Part shown: in pieces, positions 10,211-20,483 of the stretch
How positions within the stretch are numbered: position 1 is the first letter of the stretch
How the letters are laid out: each line of letters starts with the position of its first letter
Source: a virus
Lineage: Duplodnaviria > Caudoviricetes
Direction: 5' to 3' (one strand)
Length of the DNA stretch: 64,000 nucleotides
Virus record (IMG/VR): IMGVR_UViG_3300033070_001583
Span: 11,154-75,153 of that record
Notes under the pieces: model-generated
What the model was told of the DNA's origin: nothing
Database searches by the model: none
Seen by the model: only the letters and a program-made list of their open reading frames with translations
Position numbers and translations under genes: made by a program

Positions 10211-10919
10211 TGAACATTTCCTTTGAAAAGATACGAATGTATTTTCCCTCTCTCATTCCATCATACGATTCCGTACTGAGCTGTATGATGGAATCCCAAA
10301 TTGCATTTTCAATGACAAATTTGCAGTGTTCCCAAACAGGAACATCGCAACCCTCGGCATCGAGAACTGCTGCAATATTACTCGGTAGCTGAGGTCTGAT
10401 CGTATCAATCGTATTGACTGATTTCAATTCCTCCTTACCATTGAGGATTTTCGATGTACAGAGTTCAGTTACTCTGTGAACGATTCCACAGTTATTGCAC
10501 TGAACCGTTTTTGCGATTACTGCATCATTCTCAGTTACGGAGAACACTACGAATTGATGATTCGGAGGGTTCTGCATGCTTTTGTACTGTGGAAGAATGC
10601 AACGGCATTTGATAACATGCCTCGTTCCAATTTTTGTAGGAGTCTTATCAGCCATGAAAAGAAACTCCTCAAATAATTTTTTTTTTGCCTGTACGGTTAC
10701 TGCAGTCTGTGGCTGCACGAATGACTTCTCGGCGTGCATTATGAAATTTGTATGAGTTCTGCTGAGATCGTTATTCATCAGAGCGAGAACAGACTGCACT
10801 TGCTCTTGAGTGAGACCAACCTTTTGCATATTCGATTTATTTTGCAACGAATCAGATAGCGTATCTTTTAGTGAATCTCCGAGTTGCTGAAGGCTGCGGA
10901 GATATTCATTCTTTGTCAT
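10176..10919 (-). CDS. Hypothetical protein; probably two genes (10919..~10670 and 10655..10176) joined in frame across an A10 run; second part Zn-binding (CxC...CxxC)
   Basis: ATG at 10919; internal GAGGAG RBS plus ATG at 10655; HVIKCRC and QCNNCGIVH motifs. Confidence 0.65.
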   Translation of the reverse strand: MTKNEYLRSLQQLGDSLKDTLSDSLQNKSNMQKVGLTQEQVQSVLALMNNDLSRTHTNFIMHAEKSFVQPQTAVTVQAKKKLFEEFLFMADKTPTKIGTRHVIKCRCILPQYKSMQNPPNHQFVVFSVTENDAVIAKTVQCNNCGIVHRVTELCTSKILNGKEELKSVNTIDTIRPQLPSNIAAVLDAEGCDVPVWEHCKFVIENAIWDSIIQLSTESYDGMREGKYIRIFSKEMFNVESFSEESTV

Positions 10920-11997
10920 GTACCGATAATATCTTCGAGACGAACTGCAGTGCAAATATTTTTTCGCTTGCAAGAGATGCGATATACGGATACACTTTCG
11001 TACCATCGCTCGAACAACCTGATGATATGCAAGCAGACAGTTCTCTTACGAACTGAGAGAGCTTATTTGCAATTCTTCTGGAGGACGTTATGATCTCAAA
11101 TCGTTTTGACGACAACCTTGATAGTCTAGTATCAATCAGCTTTACACCATCCTCTGTGGAACTAGCTCGTCTCTGCATTAGGTCTGATATCAGCGATCCT
11201 GAGGATTTAATCCCAGCTTCAGATTCTATCTCGACAGAATTCTCGCAAGTACGGATTGCTTCAACAGCAGTCAGAGAAGACGGGTCAATCGTGATAAGAA
11301 GCTCACCGGTGTGATAATTTCTGATCGAAGCTGAGCATGATGTTGCGATATCTCCGATCGTTGCGATATTACCAACGTCAGTTGACACTGTGTGAATCCA
11401 AAGATTTTTGCAACGCTTCAGATCTTGTATTGCTTCTTTTGATATTCCTCCGCAGAATACATGAAGTTTTGACTGAGATAGCAAATTTGTGAATCTCGAC
11501 AGCTCAGATGCAGACTCAATGTACCCATCGTACGGAAGCACGAACGCATTTGTACACTCTTCTCCTGAAGATATCACGCTGCACACAGGAAACTTTGCAC
11601 ATGTGTACTTTCTACAAACGATAGATTGCTTCGTATGATCGACGATAATGTGTACACGGTACCCGTACGGTACGCGAGAGAAGATGTCTGATATCATTTC
11701 AGCTTCAGTCCCGCTGAAATGAGTACGTACGAGGGAGTTCATATGATCCTGAGAGAATCTCATCTGCGCTCCTTTCCCCTGCGCAGATACGACGCCTGGA
11801 TACAATTTTTCAAGATTTGAAAGAGTAGACTGCTCTCTTTTATCAAAAAGAGAGAGTGCAACTAGCAAATCAGACGTGAGTTCATCTCCGGGTGTACGGA
11901 TCAGAAATCGATCATCAAATCTAATTTGAGCTCTTTCTTTAAGAGATTTAATCATTCTTAAAGAGAAGAGATAAGACAATAAATTTCTCATTTGCAA
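10906..11997 (-). CDS. Divergent GroEL-like protein (apical/intermediate region only)
   Basis: By-eye colinear match to the GroEL apical domain: NAFVLPYDGYIESASEL ~ SPFILLADKKISNIREM; IGDIATSCSASI ~ LQDIATLTGGTV; LIDTRLSRL ~ KLQERVAKL. No GDGTTT motif. Confidence 0.5.
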   Translation of the reverse strand: MQMRNLLSYLFSLRMIKSLKERAQIRFDDRFLIRTPGDELTSDLLVALSLFDKREQSTLSNLEKLYPGVVSAQGKGAQMRFSQDHMNSLVRTHFSGTEAEMISDIFSRVPYGYRVHIIVDHTKQSIVCRKYTCAKFPVCSVISSGEECTNAFVLPYDGYIESASELSRFTNLLSQSKLHVFCGGISKEAIQDLKRCKNLWIHTVSTDVGNIATIGDIATSCSASIRNYHTGELLITIDPSSLTAVEAIRTCENSVEIESEAGIKSSGSLISDLMQRRASSTEDGVKLIDTRLSRLSSKRFEIITSSRRIANKLSQFVRELSACISSGCSSDGTKVYPYIASLASEKIFALQFVSKILSVHDKE

Positions 11998-11998
11998 T

Positions 11999-12586
11999 TT
12001 ATTTGTGTAGAGCGTCCCAAATAAATTTCGCTAGCCCGCTCGTAGCAAATGTCATGACTGCCCAGAACAATTTGTTATAATTCCCTTGTAGTTCTGCGAC
12101 TTCTTTACTACGCGTAACGAGTCTGTCCTCGAGCAAGGCAACCTTCTGATCGAGTTGCACGACTCTCTGAGCCTCACGCTCAGAGATGCTCTTTATGTAG
12201 TCAACTTGCAAATTTGCAGTTTGATGTCTCAGTTCTAGCTCTGCTAGCTTCACGTCTGTTTTGTCTTCTCTTTGCCAATTTGCAAATTTTTCGAGTGTAT
12301 TTTCTACTCTTTCAAAAAGAGTTTCTACTTTAAGCATTCCAGATTCGAGTTTCGACTGTCCTGCTTCAAGCTTGGCTTGAATAGAAGAAATTCTGCTGAA
12401 GATACCCTTATCCGGATCGTAAAGTGTTTCTTCGATGTTCTTGAGGCGAGTTTGTACATCGCCCGCGCCGAGCTGTTCTAGCTTAGGAGATGATTGCGGC
12501 ATGTCATATGAAATAGGCTTGCACTTCTGAGTACTACCCGCCAACAATGATCTATATGACATTCTTGAACCAGAAGTTCTCATCAT
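11999..12586 (-). CDS. Coiled-coil protein with C-terminal hydrophobic segment (holin/XhlA-like architecture); true start probably near 12502
   Basis: Long heptad-rich region then LFWAVMTFATSGLAKFIW. The 5' end of the track ORF overlaps the divergent GT gene. Confidence 0.6.
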   Translation of the reverse strand: MMRTSGSRMSYRSLLAGSTQKCKPISYDMPQSSPKLEQLGAGDVQTRLKNIEETLYDPDKGIFSRISSIQAKLEAGQSKLESGMLKVETLFERVENTLEKFANWQREDKTDVKLAELELRHQTANLQVDYIKSISEREAQRVVQLDQKVALLEDRLVTRSKEVAELQGNYNKLFWAVMTFATSGLAKFIWDALHK

Positions 12587-14502
12587 TCTCAGTTGGTCAG
12601 GTACCGGATGATGCAGATGTTGTTTTTGTGGCTGATATGTTCGTTGAGGACGGAGTTCTTGGTGGCGCAGAACTTACAACGGATGCAATTCTGGATGCCA
12701 GTCCGTACAAAATTTTCAAGCTGAGATCACGTGATGTTGGACAGTTGGCACTTCAGACTGGATCGAACAAGAAGTGGATTTTCGGAAATTACTCTCAAAT
12801 TCCTGCGAACATCTTCTATCAAGTTCTGATTGCATTCGCAGAGAATTTCAACTATAGCGTTATCGAATACGATTACAAGTACTGTGTTGCAAGATCTCCT
12901 GAGAAACACGCTGCTCAAACAGGAAAATGTAATTGTCCTGGAAGTCAACACACAAGTGTAATCGAAAAGTTTTACGCCGGGGCGAAGAGAGTTTACTGGA
13001 TGTCAGAGAAACAGATGATGAGCTCGCTGAAAGCAATGCCTGCGCTGAGCTCACTCGGTACGAATCACAGTGTTCTATCTTCAGTATTTTCAGCAGATAC
13101 TCTTGTAAAGCTTAACGTCTTTAGAGATGCACGCTCGCTGACTGATTCTTATCACTCAAAAGATGAGTGGGCAGTGCTCTCAGCTAATTCATGGATCAAA
13201 GGTACGAAACAAGCGATCGATCACTGTGAGAGAGAAGGACTGAAGTACAGGCTGATTGGAAATCTTGCGTACGATGATCTGCTGACCCAGCTATCACTGT
13301 GCAAAGGGCTTGTTTACATGCCGCCGGGCGGAGACACATGCCCAAGACTCGTTATCGAAGCAAAACTCATGGGACTCGATCTCATTCTGAATGACAATGT
13401 TCAGCATAAAGATGAAGAGTGGTTCGCATCAATCGACTCTTGCCTCGAGTATCTTGCTGGTTCAGCTTCTGAGTTTTGGCAGATGGTGAGATCTGACATG
13501 TTCACAAAGCCAACAGTCAGCGGATACATGACTACGTTCAATGCTCTCTCGCGGGGGTACCCCATCAGAGAAGCGATCTCATCGCTCAGTTTCTGTGATG
13601 AGATCTGTATTGCAGATGGAGGATCGACGGACGGTACAGTCGAGTTCATCTCAGAACTGAAATCTCTTCTTGGAGATAAACTGAAGATCCGCGTTTTCGG
13701 AGAGCAAGACGGTCTGAATGCGTGGGATGGACCTGACTTTGCTGTCAACGATGGAAAATTGAAAGCTCTTGCGAGAGAGATGTGTACAATGCAGTACTGT
13801 TGGCAGCAAGATTCTGATGAGATTCTTCCAGAGTCAGACGGTGAAAAAGTGCACTCACTACTCGAGAGAGTTCCGAGAGTTGGAAAGTTTGTGATTGCGC
13901 TACCTGTCATCGAATACTGGGGTGACTCTGGAAAAGTCAGAGCCGACGTGAATCCATGGAAGTGGAGACTGTCTCCCAACAATGGAGATATCACTCACGG
14001 AATTCCTGCAGAGCTCAGAGCCGGCTCATCACACTCTCTTCCTGGCTCAGACGGGTGCGATATGATCGATCGCGAAGGAAACAGAATTCCTCTAATGAGC
14101 TTCTACACGAATGATGTTCACGCAGCACGGATGGCATTCGTGAAAGGTGATTCAATTGCGGGAAAAAATTATTCTGAGTGGTACCAAAAGGTAACGAGTG
14201 AGCTACCAACGATTCATCACTACAGCTGGATCGATCTTGACAAAAAAATCAAGCTATACAGAGATTACTGGACACGTCATTGGAACTCTCTGTACGGCTC
14301 GAGCCTCGAGGACACTGCAGAAACGAACATGTTTTTCGATAAGCCATGGTCACAGGTAACAGACGAAGACATCTCTAACCTGGCAAAGAAGCTCAAAGAC
14401 ACCACATACGGATGGATATGGCATGTCAAGTGGAAGGGACAACGCATTCCTGGTTTGACATCTTGGACCTCTGATCCTCTAGGACTTGTGAAGACAAATT
14501 AA
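12547..14502 (+). CDS. Two-domain glycosyltransferase (GT-B/GT4-like plus GT-A/GT2-like)
   Basis: C-terminal part of domain 1 has DTCPRLVIEAKLMG (GT4 E-x7-E region); domain 2 has YMTTFN...DEICIADGGSTDGT...QQDSDE. Confidence 0.82.
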   Translation: MIYMTFLNQKFSSFSVGQVPDDADVVFVADMFVEDGVLGGAELTTDAILDASPYKIFKLRSRDVGQLALQTGSNKKWIFGNYSQIPANIFYQVLIAFAENFNYSVIEYDYKYCVARSPEKHAAQTGKCNCPGSQHTSVIEKFYAGAKRVYWMSEKQMMSSLKAMPALSSLGTNHSVLSSVFSADTLVKLNVFRDARSLTDSYHSKDEWAVLSANSWIKGTKQAIDHCEREGLKYRLIGNLAYDDLLTQLSLCKGLVYMPPGGDTCPRLVIEAKLMGLDLILNDNVQHKDEEWFASIDSCLEYLAGSASEFWQMVRSDMFTKPTVSGYMTTFNALSRGYPIREAISSLSFCDEICIADGGSTDGTVEFISELKSLLGDKLKIRVFGEQDGLNAWDGPDFAVNDGKLKALAREMCTMQYCWQQDSDEILPESDGEKVHSLLERVPRVGKFVIALPVIEYWGDSGKVRADVNPWKWRLSPNNGDITHGIPAELRAGSSHSLPGSDGCDMIDREGNRIPLMSFYTNDVHAARMAFVKGDSIAGKNYSEWYQKVTSELPTIHHYSWIDLDKKIKLYRDYWTRHWNSLYGSSLEDTAETNMFFDKPWSQVTDEDISNLAKKLKDTTYGWIWHVKWKGQRIPGLTSWTSDPLGLVKTN

Positions 14503-14503
14503 T

Positions 14504-14533
14504 TTGTCAAAATAGAGTGATGAGAGCCATAAT
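14504..14533 (+). promoter_or_regulatory. Sigma70-type promoter, leaderless geometry
   Basis: TTGTCA (14504-09), 18 nt, CATAAT (14528-33), 6 nt, then ATG at 14540. Confidence 0.6.
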
Positions 14534-14539
14534 CGTGAT

Positions 14540-15256
14540 ATGGCTCAAGAAAAAATTGATATCAAAGATTACTTGCAGAGGCTGGGAATCGCGACTGACT
14601 CAATCAACCTCGTAGATTACGATGTTATCGGTGAGCACTGCGCAAGAAAGAACAGAGAGCCAACTTCTGAGGTTGCAAAACGTAAGGGTATGTTCTTCAG
14701 ACCAAACTATGAGAGGGGGATTCTCATTGATTCTGTTATGAGACACTACGATCTCAAGTCGTATCTCGAAATTGGATTTGGAAGGGGATACTCTGCAATC
14801 TGTGCAGCACTCTCATTTGTAAAGAGAGGTCTTGAGCCAGACGTCACTGTTGTCGATCCTTATCTCGATGAGAAGTACATTGCACATCTCTGCAAACTTT
14901 TTCCAATTGCGTCAAAATTCACTTACGTGAAGCAACCAAGTCACCAATTCTGGTTTGAGAAAAATGGTACTTCAGAACGGTGGGACTTCTGTTATATTGA
15001 TGGAGATCACTCAGAACACGCAACTGGAATCGACTGGAGCGGCGCAGAACAGCACACGAACCGGTTCGTTCTGTTCGATGATTACCATGAGCCAATGAAA
15101 ATGGATATTGGCATTAAATGCGCTGATGCGATTGACAAAATTGATCGCGAAAAGCTGTACATTGTCACAGATCGTAGAATCTTTCCAGATGACCTCGGGC
15201 CACGTACTCTAAGTGAGATGAATTACGGTCAGGTACTGATTGATGTCACAAAATAA
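14540..15256 (+). CDS. Class I SAM-dependent methyltransferase (Methyltransf_24-like)
   Basis: YLEIGFGRGYSA; DFCYIDGDHS; VLFDDY. Confidence 0.85.
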   Translation: MAQEKIDIKDYLQRLGIATDSINLVDYDVIGEHCARKNREPTSEVAKRKGMFFRPNYERGILIDSVMRHYDLKSYLEIGFGRGYSAICAALSFVKRGLEPDVTVVDPYLDEKYIAHLCKLFPIASKFTYVKQPSHQFWFEKNGTSERWDFCYIDGDHSEHATGIDWSGAEQHTNRFVLFDDYHEPMKMDIGIKCADAIDKIDREKLYIVTDRRIFPDDLGPRTLSEMNYGQVLIDVTK

Positions 15257-15965
15257 TTTTGTTTTCATCGCTCCCATGTTCAATGCGGGTGACACTCTGC
15301 AAAGAATGCTCCATTCGCTGTATGGACAGTCTCACGAGAGTTGGAGACTCATTCTCATTGATGACATGTCCTCAGACGAGCATGCTAGCAAGTGCGAAAA
15401 TATCATCAAAAATTTCTCAGCATTCTCTGATAAAATTCATCTCATCACAAATGATGAGAAGCGTTGGGAGGTCGCTAACGTTCTCAGAGGACTGAGCGAG
15501 TGCTCAGAGACTGACATTGTCTGTAGAATCGACGCGGATGATTGGTTGACAGATCTTGACGCACTCAAAATTCTTGATCAAGTATACTCAGCGACGTCAG
15601 CAGACGCAGTTTGGACGGCTCACCGCTGGGGATTTACAGATCAAAACATCTCCGGCGCCCTTCCAGATCGTGCGAATCCATACACTCATCCGTGGGTTTC
15701 AAGTCACTTGAAGACTTTTCGCAAGAGTATCATAACAGGAGTGAATGATGAAAATTTCAGAGGAGAAAATGGACAGTACATCAAGCGTGCTGGTGATCAG
15801 GCGATTTATCTCCCAGTACTCCACAGAGCGAAGAAGCGCGTATTCGTACCAAGAGTGATGTATCACTACACGATCGATCTTTCACCATCGACTTTTCAGA
15901 CTCATGATGCAAAATTTCAAAGAGATGAAGCAATCTTCTTGAGAGAACGTGGATTTGTAGAATAA
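15240..15965 (+). CDS. Glycosyltransferase family 2
   Basis: FIAPMFNA; LIDDMSSD; DXD motif RIDADDWL. Confidence 0.88.
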   Translation: MMSQNNFVFIAPMFNAGDTLQRMLHSLYGQSHESWRLILIDDMSSDEHASKCENIIKNFSAFSDKIHLITNDEKRWEVANVLRGLSECSETDIVCRIDADDWLTDLDALKILDQVYSATSADAVWTAHRWGFTDQNISGALPDRANPYTHPWVSSHLKTFRKSIITGVNDENFRGENGQYIKRAGDQAIYLPVLHRAKKRVFVPRVMYHYTIDLSPSTFQTHDAKFQRDEAIFLRERGFVE

Positions 15966-15990
15966 CTTGCTCACGCGTAAGGATTACGGC

Positions 15991-16893
15991 ATGAAGTATC
16001 TTTACGCAAATCAAGCAGTCGTGAATGGCCCATGGGGAGGAGGGAATGCATTCATTCGTGCGCTATACGATCTCGCTCCGGAGTTTGGATGGACAGTCAC
16101 GAATGATGCATCGTACATAAAACCGGGCACCCCAGTACTCTGTACAACTCTTTCTGGAGACGGAGGAATATCATTTTCGTCTATGCTTGCTGTAAGAGCG
16201 AATTGCCTCAAACATCGTGGAAGAGATATTCCGATTGTTCTGAGATGTAACGAGAACGACGCAAGAAAAGGTACGACTCACGTTGATTCTGCGTGGAGAT
16301 CAGCATTCGAACACTCTCATAGAGTACTGTTCGTATCTCACTGGCTCCAATCGTATTTTGGGCTGGCTGGAGAAAAATACGGCGTTCTCATAAACGGAGT
16401 TGACACTGAGATTTTCTCACAAGTCGAAAGAGTCAAATCAGATCGGCCCTCTGTGGTGGCTCATCATTGGTCAGACAATCCTCTTAAAGGATCAGACGTG
16501 TACGCATATCTTGATCGTCTAGCAAAAGACAAAATTATAGATTTTACGTACATTGGAAGAATCAGAACTCAGCTTCAGAATACGAAGATCATCGCACCGC
16601 TGCATGGAGTAGAGCTTGGAAAGGCTCTTGCTAATCACGATGTGTATATCAGTGGCTCACGATTCGATCCTGGTCCTAATCATATCCTCGAGGCACTGGC
16701 ATGTGGTCTTCCAACCTACGTGCACAAGGATGGAGGCGGCTGCATTGAGTTTGCAGGAGAAGATCATGTGTACACTGACACCGACACTCTGTTCAAGCAA
16801 GTCATGAGTCCAAAGAAAAATGAGATTCGATTGTTTACGTGGAGGGAATGCATTATGAATTTGATCAAAGAAGCGGAGTCTCTAGAATGTTGA
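15991..16893 (+). CDS. Glycosyltransferase family 4 (GT-B)
   Basis: WGGGNAF; NGVDTEIF; FDPGPNHILEALACGLP. AAGGA RBS before ATG 15991. Confidence 0.85.
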   Translation: MKYLYANQAVVNGPWGGGNAFIRALYDLAPEFGWTVTNDASYIKPGTPVLCTTLSGDGGISFSSMLAVRANCLKHRGRDIPIVLRCNENDARKGTTHVDSAWRSAFEHSHRVLFVSHWLQSYFGLAGEKYGVLINGVDTEIFSQVERVKSDRPSVVAHHWSDNPLKGSDVYAYLDRLAKDKIIDFTYIGRIRTQLQNTKIIAPLHGVELGKALANHDVYISGSRFDPGPNHILEALACGLPTYVHKDGGGCIEFAGEDHVYTDTDTLFKQVMSPKKNEIRLFTWRECIMNLIKEAESLEC

Positions 16894-17669
16894 TAGCTTG
16901 TCTTTCATGGATCACTGACGAGAATTACGATCGTCGAATTGAAAAAGCGACAGAGTCGTTGCACTCACTCAAGCCATTGGGATACAGCACATTTGTTATA
17001 GACAACGGAGGAAATGGTTGGGCAGAGTCGAAAGCAAAAGAGCTAGGACTATGTTACAAGAAACTTTCGAAGAACTACTACGACGTTGCAGTACATCTCT
17101 CTGCTTACGAGCTTGCAAAGAAGCATGGACAAAAATATTTCTGTTACACTTATGATGATTTCGTTCTATACGATTACGAAGCTCTTTTTGATGCTGAGTC
17201 ATGGCTAGACAGAAATCGAGATGTTATCAACATGAGAGTTCCGAAGTATGTTGCAGGAGCAAAAGCGTTCGATACCGCCTACACAAGCAAAAGTAAGAAT
17301 TGCGAAGCTGTACGACATATTGATGGAGCTGGTGGAGATCCTCTGCTCTTTGGAAACGAAGAAATGGTAGGAGAGCACCGATTCATGAGATCGAATTGGC
17401 GTCCTAACTCTCGTCCAATGATCTGGAGAACATCTGCATTCTCAGACTACGCCCTCATAACTGAGAATTGTCCTGTTATGCAACCATTCGAGAAACACAT
17501 GTACGATGTTGCAGATAGAAGTGCAAAGACAATGAGATACAGGAGTTCGCTACTCAACGGAGGAGCATTTTCGACATTCCCGCAGGAAACAAGTGACAGG
17601 ATGCAGCATCCTGATCTCTGTGCGAACAAAACTGTAAACACAATAGAGCTGATGAAAGAATTGTCTTGA
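16887..17669 (+). CDS. Putative GT-A-fold glycosyltransferase
   Basis: VIDNGG and YTYDDF motifs; located in the GT cluster; ATG overlaps the previous gene end. Confidence 0.55.
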   Translation: MLIACLSWITDENYDRRIEKATESLHSLKPLGYSTFVIDNGGNGWAESKAKELGLCYKKLSKNYYDVAVHLSAYELAKKHGQKYFCYTYDDFVLYDYEALFDAESWLDRNRDVINMRVPKYVAGAKAFDTAYTSKSKNCEAVRHIDGAGGDPLLFGNEEMVGEHRFMRSNWRPNSRPMIWRTSAFSDYALITENCPVMQPFEKHMYDVADRSAKTMRYRSSLLNGGAFSTFPQETSDRMQHPDLCANKTVNTIELMKELS

Positions 17670-18436
17670 TGCCAAAAATTTACGTTGGTACAATGTGGGC
17701 CGGGGAGGGCGGATTCGATCACTGTGTCGAAGCAATAGCCAAACAAAAGAATGTTTCGATTACACATCAGATTGTTGCGTACAAACCAGAGAGAGAAGCG
17801 CATTCGATTCTGTATTCAACTTGGGAGAGCGTGAAGCACAAGTACGATGCATTCGTGCAAGTTGATGCAGATACAGAGCTCATTGATTACAAGGTCATTG
17901 GTCTCATGTATGAGCTGCTACAGGAGCAATCAAAGAACGGTAAAACATCACTACAGTCTCCTCTGTACGATTATCTTACGTGCAGAAATATCGCAGGTTT
18001 GAACATGTACCTCCCCACCGTGCGGTTCAAGGAACCATCTGAGCTTTTTTGTGATCGTTGCACAGAGAATAACGTCACTTATCTTGGAGCTCCAGCAAGG
18101 TACTCCTGCGTTGGGCGTCATGCTGAACACAGCACTGGAATACAGAGCTACAGATTTGGTGTGCATAGGGGTCTTAAACGTGGATTCGGAGATGATTTCA
18201 ATGCAATCGTGAAAGCAATCAAAGATGCTCACTCTGCAAAGATCTCATGCTATGGAGAGAACGAAGGTCTTTGGCCTGATTTCGAATTTCAACCTCAAGA
18301 GCTAGCTCTATGCGGCTTCTTTCACGCAGAACGCTTCAAGGGCAAGAAATTCGATTATGATAGCGATGAGCTTCATAATGAATTCAATGCCATTAGAGAA
18401 TCTGACATCCGCGAGTACGTCAGGAAAGTTCTATGA
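17666..18436 (+). CDS. Putative GT-A-fold glycosyltransferase
   Basis: DXD motif FVQVDAD after an N-terminal beta strand; cluster context. Confidence 0.55.
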   Translation: MMPKIYVGTMWAGEGGFDHCVEAIAKQKNVSITHQIVAYKPEREAHSILYSTWESVKHKYDAFVQVDADTELIDYKVIGLMYELLQEQSKNGKTSLQSPLYDYLTCRNIAGLNMYLPTVRFKEPSELFCDRCTENNVTYLGAPARYSCVGRHAEHSTGIQSYRFGVHRGLKRGFGDDFNAIVKAIKDAHSAKISCYGENEGLWPDFEFQPQELALCGFFHAERFKGKKFDYDSDELHNEFNAIRESDIREYVRKVL

Positions 18437-19347
18437 GAATCAGAGTTCTCGTTGAGAATGAAAAGTACGTTAGGGATGAAGTATATCTGTCGAATGCTCT
18501 CAGATACCTTGAGAGTGCACACGATATCTTCATTGAAGATTACTCGACCAGTAACAGAGTTTCGCAGAGCGTCGACGTTACACTGAGTATGATTCGGATC
18601 AGAAATCTTCTGAAGTATGCTGATCAGATCGGACAGGATCCCATCGTTGTGAACGATTACGATCCATGGTGCTCGCTAGCGATAGATCAACCGTACACTG
18701 GGCTGTACGATCTCATTTGGAAGCGATTGAACATTAGAGCCTTTCTCGTTTCATCATACGAGTGGTGCAAGATCTCACGGGATATGGGATATCCGACCGC
18801 TTGGTACAGAATCGGTGTACAAGCAAAAGATTGCGATCATGGAAATCGATTCTGGAACAGAAGATCGATAGATCTAGAATTCAGAGGCTCACGGCATGAG
18901 TTCAGAGTGAAGGCATTCGATGATCTCGCAAAAGCAGGTCTAACTGTACCTTGGCCCGCAAACAAAGTACCTCTCTCACAATTTGGTGACCATCTAAGAA
19001 ATGTGAGAGTTTGGGCTCATGATGAGAGCTTGAAATTCAGAACAATCAGAGGAGAGTGCGTGAATTCAAACTGGCTCTGGCCCAAAACTTGCGAGGTACT
19101 AGCCCGTGGGTGTTTCGTTGTACGAGATGAGCAGATGGAGATGTATCACTATGATCTCCACGAAATTCCAACTCTCATTACGTACAGAGGGATTGAAAAT
19201 GCTAAGTCTGCATACGAGAGCATTCTTGCAATGAGTCCATCAGAACGAGATGACCGAATCAATCACGCAGTTGCACATATGCGACATGCAGATCCGTACA
19301 GAACATTTGCTGAAGAGTTTGAAAAAATCGTGTCAGACACACGGTAA
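18433..19347 (+). CDS. Putative GT-B glycosyltransferase (CgeB/YkvP-like C-terminus)
   Basis: LEFRGS..., WPKTCEVLARGCFVV resembles the R.FE..A.G motif; cluster context. Confidence 0.55.
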   Translation: MRIRVLVENEKYVRDEVYLSNALRYLESAHDIFIEDYSTSNRVSQSVDVTLSMIRIRNLLKYADQIGQDPIVVNDYDPWCSLAIDQPYTGLYDLIWKRLNIRAFLVSSYEWCKISRDMGYPTAWYRIGVQAKDCDHGNRFWNRRSIDLEFRGSRHEFRVKAFDDLAKAGLTVPWPANKVPLSQFGDHLRNVRVWAHDESLKFRTIRGECVNSNWLWPKTCEVLARGCFVVRDEQMEMYHYDLHEIPTLITYRGIENAKSAYESILAMSPSERDDRINHAVAHMRHADPYRTFAEEFEKIVSDTR

Positions 19348-19355
19348 GATGTACC

Positions 19356-20483
19356 ATGTCAGAACTCATACAACTTCGTAAGAAGAATGATGATGTCAAT
19401 ACGAGACATCAAGAATTGACGCAAAAATTCTCAACATGGGGAGACAAGCTTCTACAACACACAGATGTTCTGAGTATGATTCAGAATCACGGTGAGTTCC
19501 GCCCAATCACTGTGCAGCTCAGTCCAACAGAGGCATGCGATTCTGATTGCGATTTCTGTTCTGTTGCAGCTAGACCCATCAAATCGAAAATGTCATGGGA
19601 AACGATCGAAAAGACGCTGAGACAGTTTGCTCAAATTGGCGCAAAGAGCGTCGAAATCACAGGCGGAGGTAATCCCATGCTCTACAAAGACTCTGGAAAA
19701 ACGATCAATGATATCGTCGTGCTGGCAGCCAATCTTGGATTGCAAGTTGGAATCATTACAAACTCAGAATCCCTCAAGAGACTGAATCCCACTGTATTCG
19801 ATATGATCAGCTGGATTCGAATCAGTCTTATCAAACTCGATGAGGGATGTAGTCCAGAAGATTACGATTTCTGTGGGTTTCCATACGAGAAACTGGGATT
19901 TAGTTACATCCTATACGGACCCTCGAGTGCAACACCAATCAAGAAGAAAGCTGTTCCCGGTACGACGATCGAAACGATTGAAAAGATTTCGAAGCTTGTC
20001 GACCTTCACGGTGGGAAAATAAAGTTTGTGCGCTTTGCTGGAAATTGCCTCGTAAAGGGAAACAATGCAGCGACAAAGAAATCATTTCAACAGATTATTG
20101 ACGAAAATGATAATTACAAGAAATTTTTTATAAAAGACATTGACTCCGATGACGACGCATATGACCATGGTTGCTACGTTGGCGCGATTAGACCTTACGT
20201 TGCCGCTGATCCTTATGGAAACGGATCGTGGGTGTACACATGCACGTCGCATGTTCTCAATACACGAACGTACGATACAGATCACGCGTTGTGTCGCCCT
20301 GATGATATCGTTTCAACGTGGGCTGAGATGAGCGCAAGATACAGAGAACGTGGGTACCCTTACGAGGTGAAAGGAAACTGCGGTAAGGGATGGTCAGAAA
20401 CGTGTAAATTCTGTTACTACAAATTCAATAATCGTCTTCTTCACACCGTCGCGCAGCCTATGCCAGATAAGAACTTCGCATGA
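19356..20483 (+). CDS. Radical SAM enzyme with C-terminal SPASM/twitch-like Cys cluster
   Basis: CDSDCDFC (CxxxCxxC); ITGGGNP; C-terminal C...YTC...C...CKFC. Confidence 0.9.
   Translation: MSELIQLRKKNDDVNTRHQELTQKFSTWGDKLLQHTDVLSMIQNHGEFRPITVQLSPTEACDSDCDFCSVAARPIKSKMSWETIEKTLRQFAQIGAKSVEITGGGNPMLYKDSGKTINDIVVLAANLGLQVGIITNSESLKRLNPTVFDMISWIRISLIKLDEGCSPEDYDFCGFPYEKLGFSYILYGPSSATPIKKKAVPGTTIETIEKISKLVDLHGGKIKFVRFAGNCLVKGNNAATKKSFQQIIDENDNYKKFFIKDIDSDDDAYDHGCYVGAIRPYVAADPYGNGSWVYTCTSHVLNTRTYDTDHALCRPDDIVSTWAEMSARYRERGYPYEVKGNCGKGWSETCKFCYYKFNNRLLHTVAQPMPDKNFA

Noticed and set aside
13401-13994. 197-aa minus-strand ORF inside the GT fusion gene, and the many other short antisense ORFs in the track
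   Set aside because: Ser-rich antisense translations fully nested in motif-bearing genes.
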